Assembly: GCA_049521895.1 (NCBI GenBank)
Contig: JBEKOJ010000001.1
Span: forward strand, 631,114-695,113
Reading direction: 5' to 3'
DNA length: 64,000 bases
DNA from: Candidatus Saccharimonadales bacterium
GTDB lineage: Bacteria > Patescibacteriota > Saccharimonadia > Saccharimonadales > UBA10212
The position numbers were made by a program, and so were the translations under genes. This document shows, piece after piece, positions 9,280-17,165 of this stretch (position 1 is the first letter of the stretch; every line of letters starts with the position of its first letter). The notes under the pieces were generated by a model that saw only the letters and a list, made by a program, of their open reading frames with translations, was not told the DNA's origin and made no database searches.

Positions 9280-9867
9280 ATGAACCGCGCCGTTTTTGGC
9301 TTTTTAGCTTTTATTATCTTGATCATACTGATCGTGGTCTTGATTTTTGGTGGTGGTAAAAAACCGGCAAATAATTCTGGTCCTTCTCTGATGCCGTTGC
9401 CAAACTACTCTACCACTGATGCTACTACCAGCATGACCATAGACGGGCAGGTAAACGGTGACGACATACACCGGGCTATCCGTATTACCGTTAGCCAAAA
9501 CCAGCGCGAGCTGGATATCATCGGCGGCTACAACGGCAACATTATAAGCAGCCAAACTTTTGGCAACAATCAGGCTGCTTATGCCGTCTTTCTGCGGGTT
9601 ATCAACAACTATGGCTTTTTGCAAAAGCTCAAGAACACCAAGGCGCCGGCTGATGAGCGCGGCCAATGTCCGCTAGGCAACCGTTATATCTTTGAGTTGG
9701 ACCAAAACGGCTCTACACTTTCGCGCCTGTGGGCTTCTGATTGCAGTACCACCGATGCCACTTTAGGCGGCAACTCCCAGACTCTACAAGCCCTGTTTGA
9801 GGGGCAAATCACCCAGTACCAAACCCTGACCGAGAACGTCAACCTCGGCTCCGACCAGCTGTTATAG
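9280..9867 (+). CDS. membrane-anchored hypothetical protein
   Basis: 195 aa with a single N-terminal TM helix (FGFLAFIILIILIVVLIF). Confidence 0.6.
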   Translation: MNRAVFGFLAFIILIILIVVLIFGGGKKPANNSGPSLMPLPNYSTTDATTSMTIDGQVNGDDIHRAIRITVSQNQRELDIIGGYNGNIISSQTFGNNQAAYAVFLRVINNYGFLQKLKNTKAPADERGQCPLGNRYIFELDQNGSTLSRLWASDCSTTDATLGGNSQTLQALFEGQITQYQTLTENVNLGSDQLL

Positions 9868-9874
9868 TGGAGGC

Positions 9875-10753
9875 GTGAGCAACACTCAAACAGCGGGCAA
9901 AATCCTGCAGGATGACGAAGATTTCCTAGTAGAAGTTATTGATTGGCAGGGACGTCTTGCGGTCAGAAAATCTGTAAAGACAACAACCCGCCCCGAGAGG
10001 CTAGAGCGGCTCAAAAACGAAGCTTATGGCCTGAAGTATTTTACAGATTTGGCAGCTAAGCATCCAGAAATAAACGTTTATGTACCAATACTCTACGAAG
10101 TTAAACCCGAGTTTATCGTTACCGAATATATAGAACAGCCATCGGTCGGTGATAAACCGCAAAATTTAAATAAACTGGCGCGTTTGCTGGCCCAAATCGA
10201 CCACATCGAGCCGTACGGCAAGGCCAAAATCCACCCTAGCTTTGATTACATGGATATTCGTAAAAGATTTCCGCTTTGGTATATGCCTACAATAAACTCA
10301 AAGCCAAAAAAACTACTTACTGATGCTCAGATTAGCAGAGTCAATAAAATTTTGGATAGATACCAGCCATATTTGACCCCGCGGATTGCCCATGGCGACT
10401 TGTCGCCGTATTTTCATGCCTTTATGATGCCAAATAACAAAATCGCTTTTGTTGATTTAGAAGTTTTTACGCCGCGCGGTGCGCGCTATTACGACGTCGC
10501 CCGCTGCTACACCCGCCTGTACGAAAAAGCCCCCTCAACAGATGCACCAAAGCAATTTTTATCGGCCTTTATGCAATATGCCGATGAGATACAACACCGG
10601 AATGAACAACTTATGGCCATCTTAATCCAGCGAACAGTCGGCATGCAACGTGACGCAGGCATTGATAAAACCAAGGGCAGAGATTACAGAAACCGCGCTG
10701 CCGAACTGCTAGACTTAGTCTTGCAAAACAAATTGGAGCTGTTGAAAGCATGA
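9875..10753 (+). CDS. aminoglycoside/choline-kinase-like phosphotransferase family protein
   Basis: Brenner-type motif IAHGDLSPYFHAF followed by FVDLE. GTG start. Confidence 0.6.
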   Translation: MSNTQTAGKILQDDEDFLVEVIDWQGRLAVRKSVKTTTRPERLERLKNEAYGLKYFTDLAAKHPEINVYVPILYEVKPEFIVTEYIEQPSVGDKPQNLNKLARLLAQIDHIEPYGKAKIHPSFDYMDIRKRFPLWYMPTINSKPKKLLTDAQISRVNKILDRYQPYLTPRIAHGDLSPYFHAFMMPNNKIAFVDLEVFTPRGARYYDVARCYTRLYEKAPSTDAPKQFLSAFMQYADEIQHRNEQLMAILIQRTVGMQRDAGIDKTKGRDYRNRAAELLDLVLQNKLELLKA

Positions 10754-11334
10754 TTAAAGCGATTATTTTCGATTGTTTTGGAGTTTTGAGCACTGAAGGC
10801 TTTGGGTCATTTCGAGATAAATACTTGGTGAATGATCCAGATAGGCGCCAGCAGGCAAATAAAACCATGGACGAGCTGAATGCCGGGCGGATACCATACG
10901 ACGAATTTGTTAAAGAACTGGCCAGGTTAGCTAATGTTAGCGAACAAACCGTTGGAGAATACCTAAGCGAGAATAAACCCAACGAGCCCCTCTTTGACTA
11001 TATACGTCAAAACCTCAAGCCCCATTACAAAATTGGCATGTTATCTAATGCAGGGGACAATTGGCTTGAAGAATTATTCGAACAAAGGGACATTAAGTTG
11101 TTTGATGATATCGTACTATCTTACAAATTTGGAATGATTAAGCCTCAGTCAGATATCTATACCCTAGCAGTCAAAAGGCTTGGTGTAGCGTCAAGTGAAT
11201 CCATATTTATTGATGATCAGGAAAAGCACTGCGAAGGGGCACGTGCAGCCGGCATACGAGCCATTTGGTACAAGGATTTTTCGCAGTTTAGGTTTGAGTT
11301 AGAAAAAATTCTAGCCCCCAGCGCGGATAACTAG
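10750..11334 (+). CDS. HAD-superfamily hydrolase (subfamily IA)
   Basis: Motif I IIFDCFGVL, motif II MLSNAG, motif IV FIDDQEKHCEGARAAG. Confidence 0.8.
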   Translation: MIKAIIFDCFGVLSTEGFGSFRDKYLVNDPDRRQQANKTMDELNAGRIPYDEFVKELARLANVSEQTVGEYLSENKPNEPLFDYIRQNLKPHYKIGMLSNAGDNWLEELFEQRDIKLFDDIVLSYKFGMIKPQSDIYTLAVKRLGVASSESIFIDDQEKHCEGARAAGIRAIWYKDFSQFRFELEKILAPSADN

Positions 11335-11550
11335 CCTCTGCTTTAAATCACAGGCTTCAATAAGATTCTGGCGCTCCAGCTGGAGAGTGGCCGCTAGGGC
11401 AGAGCCGCGTACACTAACGATCAACGCTCCGCGCTCCAGCTTAACGGTGCACGGTCGCTTGTAACGCCGCATCACATAGTCTTTAACCACTGTTATTTCA
11501 TCCGGCCGCGCGAAGTTTTTCTTGCTCAAAATATCCTGCAGACTGTCCAT
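11311..11550 (-). CDS. DUF721/DciA-like small protein
   Basis: The ORF track extends to 11622 through a heptad repeat array. I prefer the start at MDSLQDIL. The pattern LERGALIVSVRGSALAATLQLERQNLIEA resembles DUF721. Confidence 0.5.
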   Translation of the reverse strand: MDSLQDILSKKNFARPDEITVVKDYVMRRYKRPCTVKLERGALIVSVRGSALAATLQLERQNLIEACDLKQRLVIRAGG

Positions 11551-11569
11551 TACACACTTCCTACGGGGG

Positions 11570-11657
11570 CAATGGACAAATGGACTAATGAACGAATGGA
11601 CAATACATTGAACATTGAACATTGAACATTGAACATTTTGGACTCCATGAGTCCAAG
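11570..11657. repeat. heptad-periodic AT-rich intergenic repeat block
   Basis: CAATGGACAAATGGACTAATGAACGAATGGACAATA followed by (CATTGAA)x4 at 11605-11632 and the hairpin GGACTCcatGAGTCC. Confidence 0.8.
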
Positions 11658-11669
11658 TATAATGGAGGT

Positions 11670-11692
11670 ATGCCGGAGTTACCAGAAGTAGA
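11670..11692 (+). pseudogene. relic duplicate of the fpg start (MPELPEV) with its own -10 box
   Basis: ATGCCGGAGTTACCAGAAGTAGA, against the real start ATGCCCGAACTCCCAGAGGTTGA at 11883. All differences are synonymous. TATAAT at 11658-11663 ends 6 nt upstream. Confidence 0.7.
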
Positions 11693-11849
11693 CCCGGCAG
11701 TAGACTTTCGAGTCAGCTCGTCGTCAGATGAGATATTTATTCGATGTCAGCGCTTAATTAATTGCCTAGGACTTACAGCCACCGATATTCGTGCTGACGA
11801 GCTGAAACTTACATGCAAAGTCGAATAATCTCGAAAGCTCACTGCCGGG
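11693..11849. mobile_element. 157-bp palindromic MITE-like element (family 1, long form) behind a relic fpg start
   Basis: Termini are CCCGGCAGTAGACTTTCGAGTCAGCTCG ... AGTCGAATAATCTCGAAAGCTCACTGCCGGG. They are identical to the termini of the 18186-18342 copy in the opposite orientation. Flanked by TAGA/TAGA. Confidence 0.8.
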
Positions 11850-11864
11850 TAGAGACAGATGGCT

Positions 11865-11873
11865 TGATACAAT
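11865..11873 (+). promoter_or_regulatory. extended -10 promoter of fpg
   Basis: TGATACAAT ends 9 nt before ATG 11883. Confidence 0.5.
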
Positions 11874-11882
11874 ATAGAAACT

Positions 11883-12818
11883 ATGCCCGAACTCCCAGAG
11901 GTTGAAACTGTCAAACAAGGTCTGAGCAAATTTTTGCCCAAGCTTGTAATTAAAGATGTCTGGCACGACTGGCCAAAGGGTTTCCCAAACGCGCCAGCAG
12001 ACGTAGCACGCTTTATGGTGGGTGCATCAATCACAGATGTTAAACGGCGGGCAAAAGTCTTAATTATTGGCCTCTCGAGCGGCTACAGCTTGGTTATCCA
12101 TCTTAAAATGACCGGCCAGCTGGTTTTTGTCGGCTCCGCCGACAAGCTAAAAGCTAACAGCTCAAAGCTTAAAGCTGAAGAAAAGTTTGGTGGTGGTCAC
12201 CCTACAAGTTCATTAGTCAATGATTTACCGGATAAAAGTACAAGGGTAGTTATTGATTTCACCAACGGAGCCAAACTTTTCTTCAACGACCAGCGTAAAT
12301 TTGGCTGGATGCGCCTGCTACCTTCAGTGGAAGTGCCGGAGATTGATTTTATGAAAACCGTCGGTCCCGAACCGCTGGACGATGATTTTACAGCTGGTAA
12401 ATTCATAGAGTGCATCCGTGGTCGCAAAAACAGCCCTATCAAGGCAGTTTTGCTGGACCAAAAAGTCCTGGCTGGAATCGGTAATATTTACGCCGATGAG
12501 TCGCTATTTGCTGCTAAAATCCATCCGTTGACCAAAGCAAGTGCCATCTCTCGCACCAAGCTTGTAGCGTTGCATAATGATTTGCGGTCCATACTACGGA
12601 CAGCCATAAAAAAAGGCGGCAGTACAGATAGGAATTACGTTAACGCCGAGGGCAAAAAGGGCAGTTACATCCAGTTTGCACAGGTGTTTAGGCGGGAAGA
12701 ACAGCCGTGCCCACGCTGCGGTACCACCATCCAAAAAATAAGAGTGGCGGGTAGAGGAACGCATATATGTCCCCGATGTCAGAAAATCAGGGACCAGAAG
12801 ATAAGGGACAAAAAATGA
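11883..12818 (+). CDS. mutM: formamidopyrimidine-DNA glycosylase
   Basis: N-terminal MPELPEVETV with catalytic Pro2. H2TH region LLDQKVLAGIGNIYADESLF. C-terminal zinc finger CPRCGTTI..CPRCQ. Confidence 0.93.
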   Translation: MPELPEVETVKQGLSKFLPKLVIKDVWHDWPKGFPNAPADVARFMVGASITDVKRRAKVLIIGLSSGYSLVIHLKMTGQLVFVGSADKLKANSSKLKAEEKFGGGHPTSSLVNDLPDKSTRVVIDFTNGAKLFFNDQRKFGWMRLLPSVEVPEIDFMKTVGPEPLDDDFTAGKFIECIRGRKNSPIKAVLLDQKVLAGIGNIYADESLFAAKIHPLTKASAISRTKLVALHNDLRSILRTAIKKGGSTDRNYVNAEGKKGSYIQFAQVFRREEQPCPRCGTTIQKIRVAGRGTHICPRCQKIRDQKIRDKK

Positions 12819-13729
12819 TAGTAACTTTAGCGGGCAATAACAGCTATCTGTTGCGACGGCGGCTGGACGAATTAATCGCCGAGTTTGTTAACAAACAAGG
12901 CGAGCTGGCACTAGAGCGGATTGATGCGACAGAAACCGACTTGCAGGCCATTTTAGATGCCGTACAAAGCCTGCCATTTTTGTCAAAACGCAAAATGGTC
13001 GTGCTGCGCGACCTATCGGCCAATAAGCGTGCAGCGGAGGCCATTGAACAAATAATTAACTCAATTTCGGATACCACTGACGCAGTATTTTACGAGCCCG
13101 TAACAGATAAGCGGACGACTTTTTATAAAATCCTGAAACAAAAAACTAAATTCGAAGAGTTCGATGAACTGGCGCCGCGCGAACTGCCAAAATGGCTGGT
13201 GAATGAGGCCAAGAAAACCGGTGCGCAACTATCGCTTACTGAAGCCAATTACTTGGTGGAGAGACTTGGTCCGAACCAAACTATGTTGGCCAGCGAGCTG
13301 CAAAAATTAATAACTTATATCCCAGAAATTACACGCGAAAATATAGATTTGTTAACTGATCCCACGCCGCAGGGAAGAATTTTTGATCTGCTGGACGCAG
13401 CTTTCGGCGGTGATAAAAAACGTGCCCTAAAACTCTATGAAGAGCAACGTGCGCAGCGCGTGGAGCCGCAAGCAATCTTGGCGATGGTGGCCTGGCAACT
13501 GCAACTATTGGCTTTGGTAAAACACTCTGGCAACCGCCTGGCGGCGGACGTGGCCAGAGACGCAGGCCTTAATCCCTATCCTGTGACAAAGGCTAAAAAC
13601 CTGGCCGCAAAAATCACCGAGTCCGAGCTTAATAAGATGGTGGATGAGGCTCTGGATATAGATTGGCGCAGCAAAACCACGTCAATTGACCTGGACGAAG
13701 CCCTCAAAACTTACATAACGACCCTTTAA
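12815..13729 (+). CDS. holA: DNA polymerase III subunit delta
   Basis: The start at ATG 12815 forms an ATGA overlap with fpg. Length and pattern (LQAILDAVQSLPFLSKRKMVVL, ..LGPNQTMLASELQKL) are typical of HolA. Confidence 0.8.
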   Translation: MIVTLAGNNSYLLRRRLDELIAEFVNKQGELALERIDATETDLQAILDAVQSLPFLSKRKMVVLRDLSANKRAAEAIEQIINSISDTTDAVFYEPVTDKRTTFYKILKQKTKFEEFDELAPRELPKWLVNEAKKTGAQLSLTEANYLVERLGPNQTMLASELQKLITYIPEITRENIDLLTDPTPQGRIFDLLDAAFGGDKKRALKLYEEQRAQRVEPQAILAMVAWQLQLLALVKHSGNRLAADVARDAGLNPYPVTKAKNLAAKITESELNKMVDEALDIDWRSKTTSIDLDEALKTYITTL

Positions 13730-14031
13730 AAGGAAAAACCCGCCGCCAGCTTATGCTGGCGACGGGCGATGGAGTTGTTCCGGATGGTGGCGAGATCCTT
13801 GCGGAGCGCGACCAGGTAGTCGTAGAAGGGAATGAGGACATACCCCACTGCGAACCGGATCTTGCTCGGCGGTCTTCTGCGCCGCCGCTTGTGGGGGCAG
13901 ACCCCCAAGTTCATGCTGCAACCGAAGTGCTCGTCATCGAAGAGATCGAAATGCACGATCGTCCTTTCTGCCGGTGGACAACACCTCTGGGAAAACTCGG
14001 GAATCACCCCGAACCCCAGAGAAGTGAACAT
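13726..14031 (-). CDS. GC-rich orphan ORF (101 aa), possibly a captured foreign gene fragment
   Basis: Two sampled 60-nt lines are about 60-63% GC. There is a strong G/C preference at third codon positions in this frame only. No RBS. An intrinsic terminator follows. The product was not recognised. Confidence 0.35.
   Translation of the reverse strand: MFTSLGFGVIPEFSQRCCPPAERTIVHFDLFDDEHFGCSMNLGVCPHKRRRRRPPSKIRFAVGYVLIPFYDYLVALRKDLATIRNNSIARRQHKLAAGFSF
13729..13766 (-). terminator. intrinsic terminator (minus strand) after the rpsT/GC-rich ORF unit
   Basis: The reverse strand reads CCCGTCGCCAGC-ATAA-GCTGGCGGCGGG followed by TTTTTCCTTTT. Confidence 0.75.
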
Positions 14032-14073
14032 TGTAACATCTTATGCTTAAAAATGCAATAGGTTTCAGGATAA

Positions 14074-14448
14074 TTACTTATGGGTTTTGCCGGCAGATTT
14101 AGCGGGTTTCCCGGCAGTAGATCTTCGCGTGGCTTTGCCAGCATCCGCTTTGGCGGGTGGTCGCGAAGGCTCACTGCCGGGTTTGACACCCGCGGCTTTG
14201 GCTTCTCTGGCGATCCTTGATTTATAGCGTGCCGCTTTATTCTTATGGATCACAGCTTTTTTGGCGGCTATATCTATAGCTTTGACCGCTACTAGGGCGG
14301 TTTTGGCTATCTGGTCAGCCTTTTTGCCATCAACAGCTTTGGCAAAGGCCTTAAGCGCATTACGCAAGTCGCGTTTGGTGCGTGCATTGCGGGCACCAGC
14401 CTTGGCTGTCACCTTCACACGTTTTTTAGCAGATTTAATAATTGGCAC
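14074..14448 (-). CDS. rpsT: 30S ribosomal protein S20 carrying an in-frame 72-bp element insertion in its C-terminal tail
   Basis: MPIIKSAKKR..VIHKNKAARYKSR is canonical S20. The tail ..GVK-PGSEPSRPPAKADAGKATRRSTAG-KPAK.. is encoded by the palindromic element at 14110-14181. Confidence 0.93.
   Translation of the reverse strand: MPIIKSAKKRVKVTAKAGARNARTKRDLRNALKAFAKAVDGKKADQIAKTALVAVKAIDIAAKKAVIHKNKAARYKSRIAREAKAAGVKPGSEPSRPPAKADAGKATRRSTAGKPAKSAGKTHK
14110..14181. mobile_element. 72-bp palindromic MITE-like element (family 1, short form) in frame within rpsT
   Basis: CCCGGCAGTAGATCTTCGCG..CGCGAAGGCTCACTGCCGGG. 67/72 nt identical to the reverse complement of the 51908-51979 copy. Flanked by TTT/TTT. 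Confidence 0.85.
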
Positions 14449-14571
14449 GGTCGTTAACTATAACAGATAGGGAACTCTTTTGTCAAAACCTAAAGTTACC
14501 TCTTGCAACACGATAACGGTTATGTTACTCTGAGCGGCAGAAGTCACCTCACAAAAACTTCAGCCAAAATA

Positions 14572-14670
14572 AAAATGCTCAATGGACAAATGCTCTATGT
14601 TCAATGAATGGCCGATGAGGCGATGTAGCGATGCATTGCTTATTGTTCATTTGTCGCATTTGTCCATTGC
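14572..14670. repeat. heptad-periodic AT-rich intergenic hairpin
   Basis: Perfect 14-bp inverted repeat CAATGGACAAATGC (14580-14593) / GCATTTGTCCATTG (14656-14669). AATG/CATT recurs every 7 nt. CAATGGACAAATG also occurs at 11570. Confidence 0.8.
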
Positions 14671-14688
14671 CTCCGAAAGAGGTACCTA

Positions 14689-16269
14689 ATGGACGCTCCG
14701 GCCAAACAACAAGTAGTAGAGCGCGTTAAACAGGCCACCAATATTTTGGTGACTATTAGTACTGATCCGTCGGTGGACCAGCTAGCGGCTTGTATTGGTT
14801 TAACGCTATTGCTTAACCGCATGGAAAAACACGCCACAGCGGTGTTTTCTGGCCAAGTGCCATCCACGCTGGAGTTTTTGCAACCCGAAAAAACCATCGA
14901 GACCAATACCGACTCCTTGCGTGATTTTATAATTAGCCTGGACAAGAACAAGGCCGACAAGTTGCGCTATAAGGTCGAAGACCAAGTAGTGCGCATCTTT
15001 ATAACACCTTATAAAACGTCATTGAGTGAAAAAGACCTGGTTTTCAGCCAGGGTGACATTAACGTGGAAGTGGTCATGGCGCTGGGGATCAAAAACCGCA
15101 CGCATATAGATGCTGCCATTACCGCACACGGCCGTATTTTACACGACGCCACCGTAATTAACTTAATTGCTGGACCAGATAACCTGCCGCCGCTGGGCCA
15201 AATCAATTGGCAGGAGCCAGGCGCCAGCAGCTTATCGGAAATGCTGGTCAGTATCTCTGAAGCTTTTGGTCCTGGGTTGATAGATAACCAGATAGCTACG
15301 GCCTTTTTGACCGGTATCGTGGCTGAGACCCAGCGCTTTAGTAATACCAGGACTTCTCCCAAGACTATGACTATGGCCGCGCAACTAATGGCTGCCGGCG
15401 CTAACCAGCAGTTGATCGTCAGCAAACTGGAGCCGCCGCAAATGCCGCCGGCTGCCGGAAAACCGGCGCCAAAGCCCCAACCACCCAAACCGCCCATGCA
15501 ACCCAAAGACAAAGGCACCCTGAGCGTTTCGCATGATAAAGACAAAGGTGATAGCTCCGAAGTCGAAATCGCACCAGGCGAAATCCATATCGATGAAAAG
15601 GGCAACTTAACAACCACCAATCAGCTTGAGGACGAAGTTGAGCAACTACGAAAGCTGCGTCAACAGGAGGCATCGGTGCCTGAATCCGTTCCTTTGCCTT
15701 CACCACTGGCTCCGCTGGCAACTGCCGTACCCCCAGAAGCTCCCAAGCCACACGAGCTATTAGACCCCGTAGACCACAAACCGGCTTTTAACTCGCCATT
15801 TACTGCCGATACCCAAGCCGAGTGGATCGATCCTTATAACAGCGTGACAATTGACCCGCTGAGCGGCAATAGCGGCTCGGCGCCGGGCTCGCAAACAGAT
15901 GGTTTTATTGAACCCTCCAAAACAATACAACCCCCGGCTGAGCCGCCAAAAACACCGCTAACGGCGGCTGCTCTAGCAAACCCCGTGGCCGTTGGATCCG
16001 CGCCTGGTAACACTATGCCGGCGGTGGATAATGCCCGCAGCGCGGTAGAAAGCGCTATCGCCTCCAGCCCGTTTGACCCCGCTTTCGCGCCGCCTGTCAA
16101 TTCACTCAATGCTCAAACAATGGGCCCGGAATTGCATGGCTCCAGGAGCGCGAATATTACACCGAGTCTGCAGCTGCCTACTAATGGTGCTCCAGCGCCG
16201 GCTGCCGATATCGCCCCGCCAGCGCCGCCAACGGTACCGCCGCCGCTAGTACCAATAAACGGCCAATAA
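14689..16269 (+). CDS. DHH-family (NrnA-like) protein with degenerate catalytic motifs and a proline-rich C-terminal half
   Basis: The N-terminal 250 aa follow the NrnA layout, but the DHH/DxD positions are substituted (ILVTISTDPSVDQLAA). The C-terminal roughly 270 aa are low-complexity and P/A-rich. Confidence 0.5.
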   Translation: MDAPAKQQVVERVKQATNILVTISTDPSVDQLAACIGLTLLLNRMEKHATAVFSGQVPSTLEFLQPEKTIETNTDSLRDFIISLDKNKADKLRYKVEDQVVRIFITPYKTSLSEKDLVFSQGDINVEVVMALGIKNRTHIDAAITAHGRILHDATVINLIAGPDNLPPLGQINWQEPGASSLSEMLVSISEAFGPGLIDNQIATAFLTGIVAETQRFSNTRTSPKTMTMAAQLMAAGANQQLIVSKLEPPQMPPAAGKPAPKPQPPKPPMQPKDKGTLSVSHDKDKGDSSEVEIAPGEIHIDEKGNLTTTNQLEDEVEQLRKLRQQEASVPESVPLPSPLAPLATAVPPEAPKPHELLDPVDHKPAFNSPFTADTQAEWIDPYNSVTIDPLSGNSGSAPGSQTDGFIEPSKTIQPPAEPPKTPLTAAALANPVAVGSAPGNTMPAVDNARSAVESAIASSPFDPAFAPPVNSLNAQTMGPELHGSRSANITPSLQLPTNGAPAPAADIAPPAPPTVPPPLVPINGQ

Positions 16270-16285
16270 CTGGTCTAAACCAAAT

Positions 16286-16405
16286 TTGACATCTTACAAT
16301 TCACACTTAACATTTATTTAGCATTTGTCATTTCACAGGTGTTAATGCTACTTGAAAGATGTAAAATAAATGCTCAATGATAAATGAAAAGTGCTAAATG
16401 CTTAA
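16286..16405. repeat. heptad-periodic AT-rich intergenic hairpin
   Basis: The left arm is ..ACATTTATTTAGCATTTGTCATTTCACA. The right arm is AGATGTAAAATAAATGCTCAATGATAAATGAAAAGTGCTAAATG. It shares CATTTGTCATTTCACA with 18606 and AAATGCTCAATG with 14572. Confidence 0.8.
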
Positions 16406-17165
16406 GATGGACGGATTTTTATTAGTTGATAAGCCAGCTGGCATGACATCTCACGATGTTGTCGCAAAAGTGCGAAGCATTTTGCGACAAGTCCAGAGCT
16501 CAGAGCTAAGAGTCCACAGCAAAGACCAAGAACTCTCAGCTCTTGGTTCTCGGCTCTCAGCTCGCGCACCAAAGGTGCGCGTGGGCCATACTGGCACTCT
16601 GGATCCGGCGGCCACCGGCCTAATGATTTTAGTTTTAGGCAAATACACCAAGCGGGCGGGAGAATTCAGCAAGCTGGATAAGACTTATGAGGCGGAGATA
16701 ATTCTTGGAAAAGTTAGTTCAACTGGTGATAGTGAGGGCACGATTAGTAAAACGCAAAATGTAAAAAGCAAAAAGCCAACCGAAAAGGAAATTCAAAAAG
16801 TTTTGGGCACATTTTTGGGTGAGATCCAGCAGACGCCGCCAGCTTTCAGCGCCATAAAAGTAGACGGCCAGCGGGCTTATAGGCTGGCGCGGCAGGGGAA
16901 AGAAGTGAAACTCCAGCCGCGCAAGGTTACAGTGCACAGGTTACAGGTTACAGAATATGAATATCCGACCCTTAAATGCACAACGGAGGTTAGTAGCGGC
17001 ACATATATCCGTTCGCTGGCGACTGATATCGGCGCCAAACTCGGCACCGGCGGCTATTTATCCTCCCTCCGCCGCACCCAAGTCGGCAGTTTTCATCTGG
17101 AAAATGCCCTCAAAATCGACGACCTAACTCCTTCGAACATCGAAACCCGCCTTCGCCCCGCTTAA
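16398..17165 (+). CDS. truB: tRNA pseudouridine(55) synthase
   Basis: LLVDKPAGMTSHDVV..VGHTGTLDPAATG (catalytic Asp). It carries an insertion of about 26 aa (QSSELRVHSKDQELSALGSRLSARA) between these motifs. Confidence 0.9.
   Translation: MLKMDGFLLVDKPAGMTSHDVVAKVRSILRQVQSSELRVHSKDQELSALGSRLSARAPKVRVGHTGTLDPAATGLMILVLGKYTKRAGEFSKLDKTYEAEIILGKVSSTGDSEGTISKTQNVKSKKPTEKEIQKVLGTFLGEIQQTPPAFSAIKVDGQRAYRLARQGKEVKLQPRKVTVHRLQVTEYEYPTLKCTTEVSSGTYIRSLATDIGAKLGTGGYLSSLRRTQVGSFHLENALKIDDLTPSNIETRLRPA

Noticed and set aside
11622-11828. 68-aa ORF in the ORF track (MNIEHFGLHESKYNGGMPELPEVDPAVDFRV..)
   Set aside because: Its first 16 codons read through the (CATTGAA)x4 heptad array. The middle is the relic fpg start and the rest is the interior of the 157-bp element. 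I treat it as a by-product of the insertion, not a gene.
13753-14061. Plus-strand ORFs of 102 aa and 72 aa opposite the GC-rich orphan ORF
   Set aside because: These are shadow ORFs typical of GC-rich DNA. The G/C third-position bias is in the minus-strand frame, and the terminator orientation also fits the minus strand.
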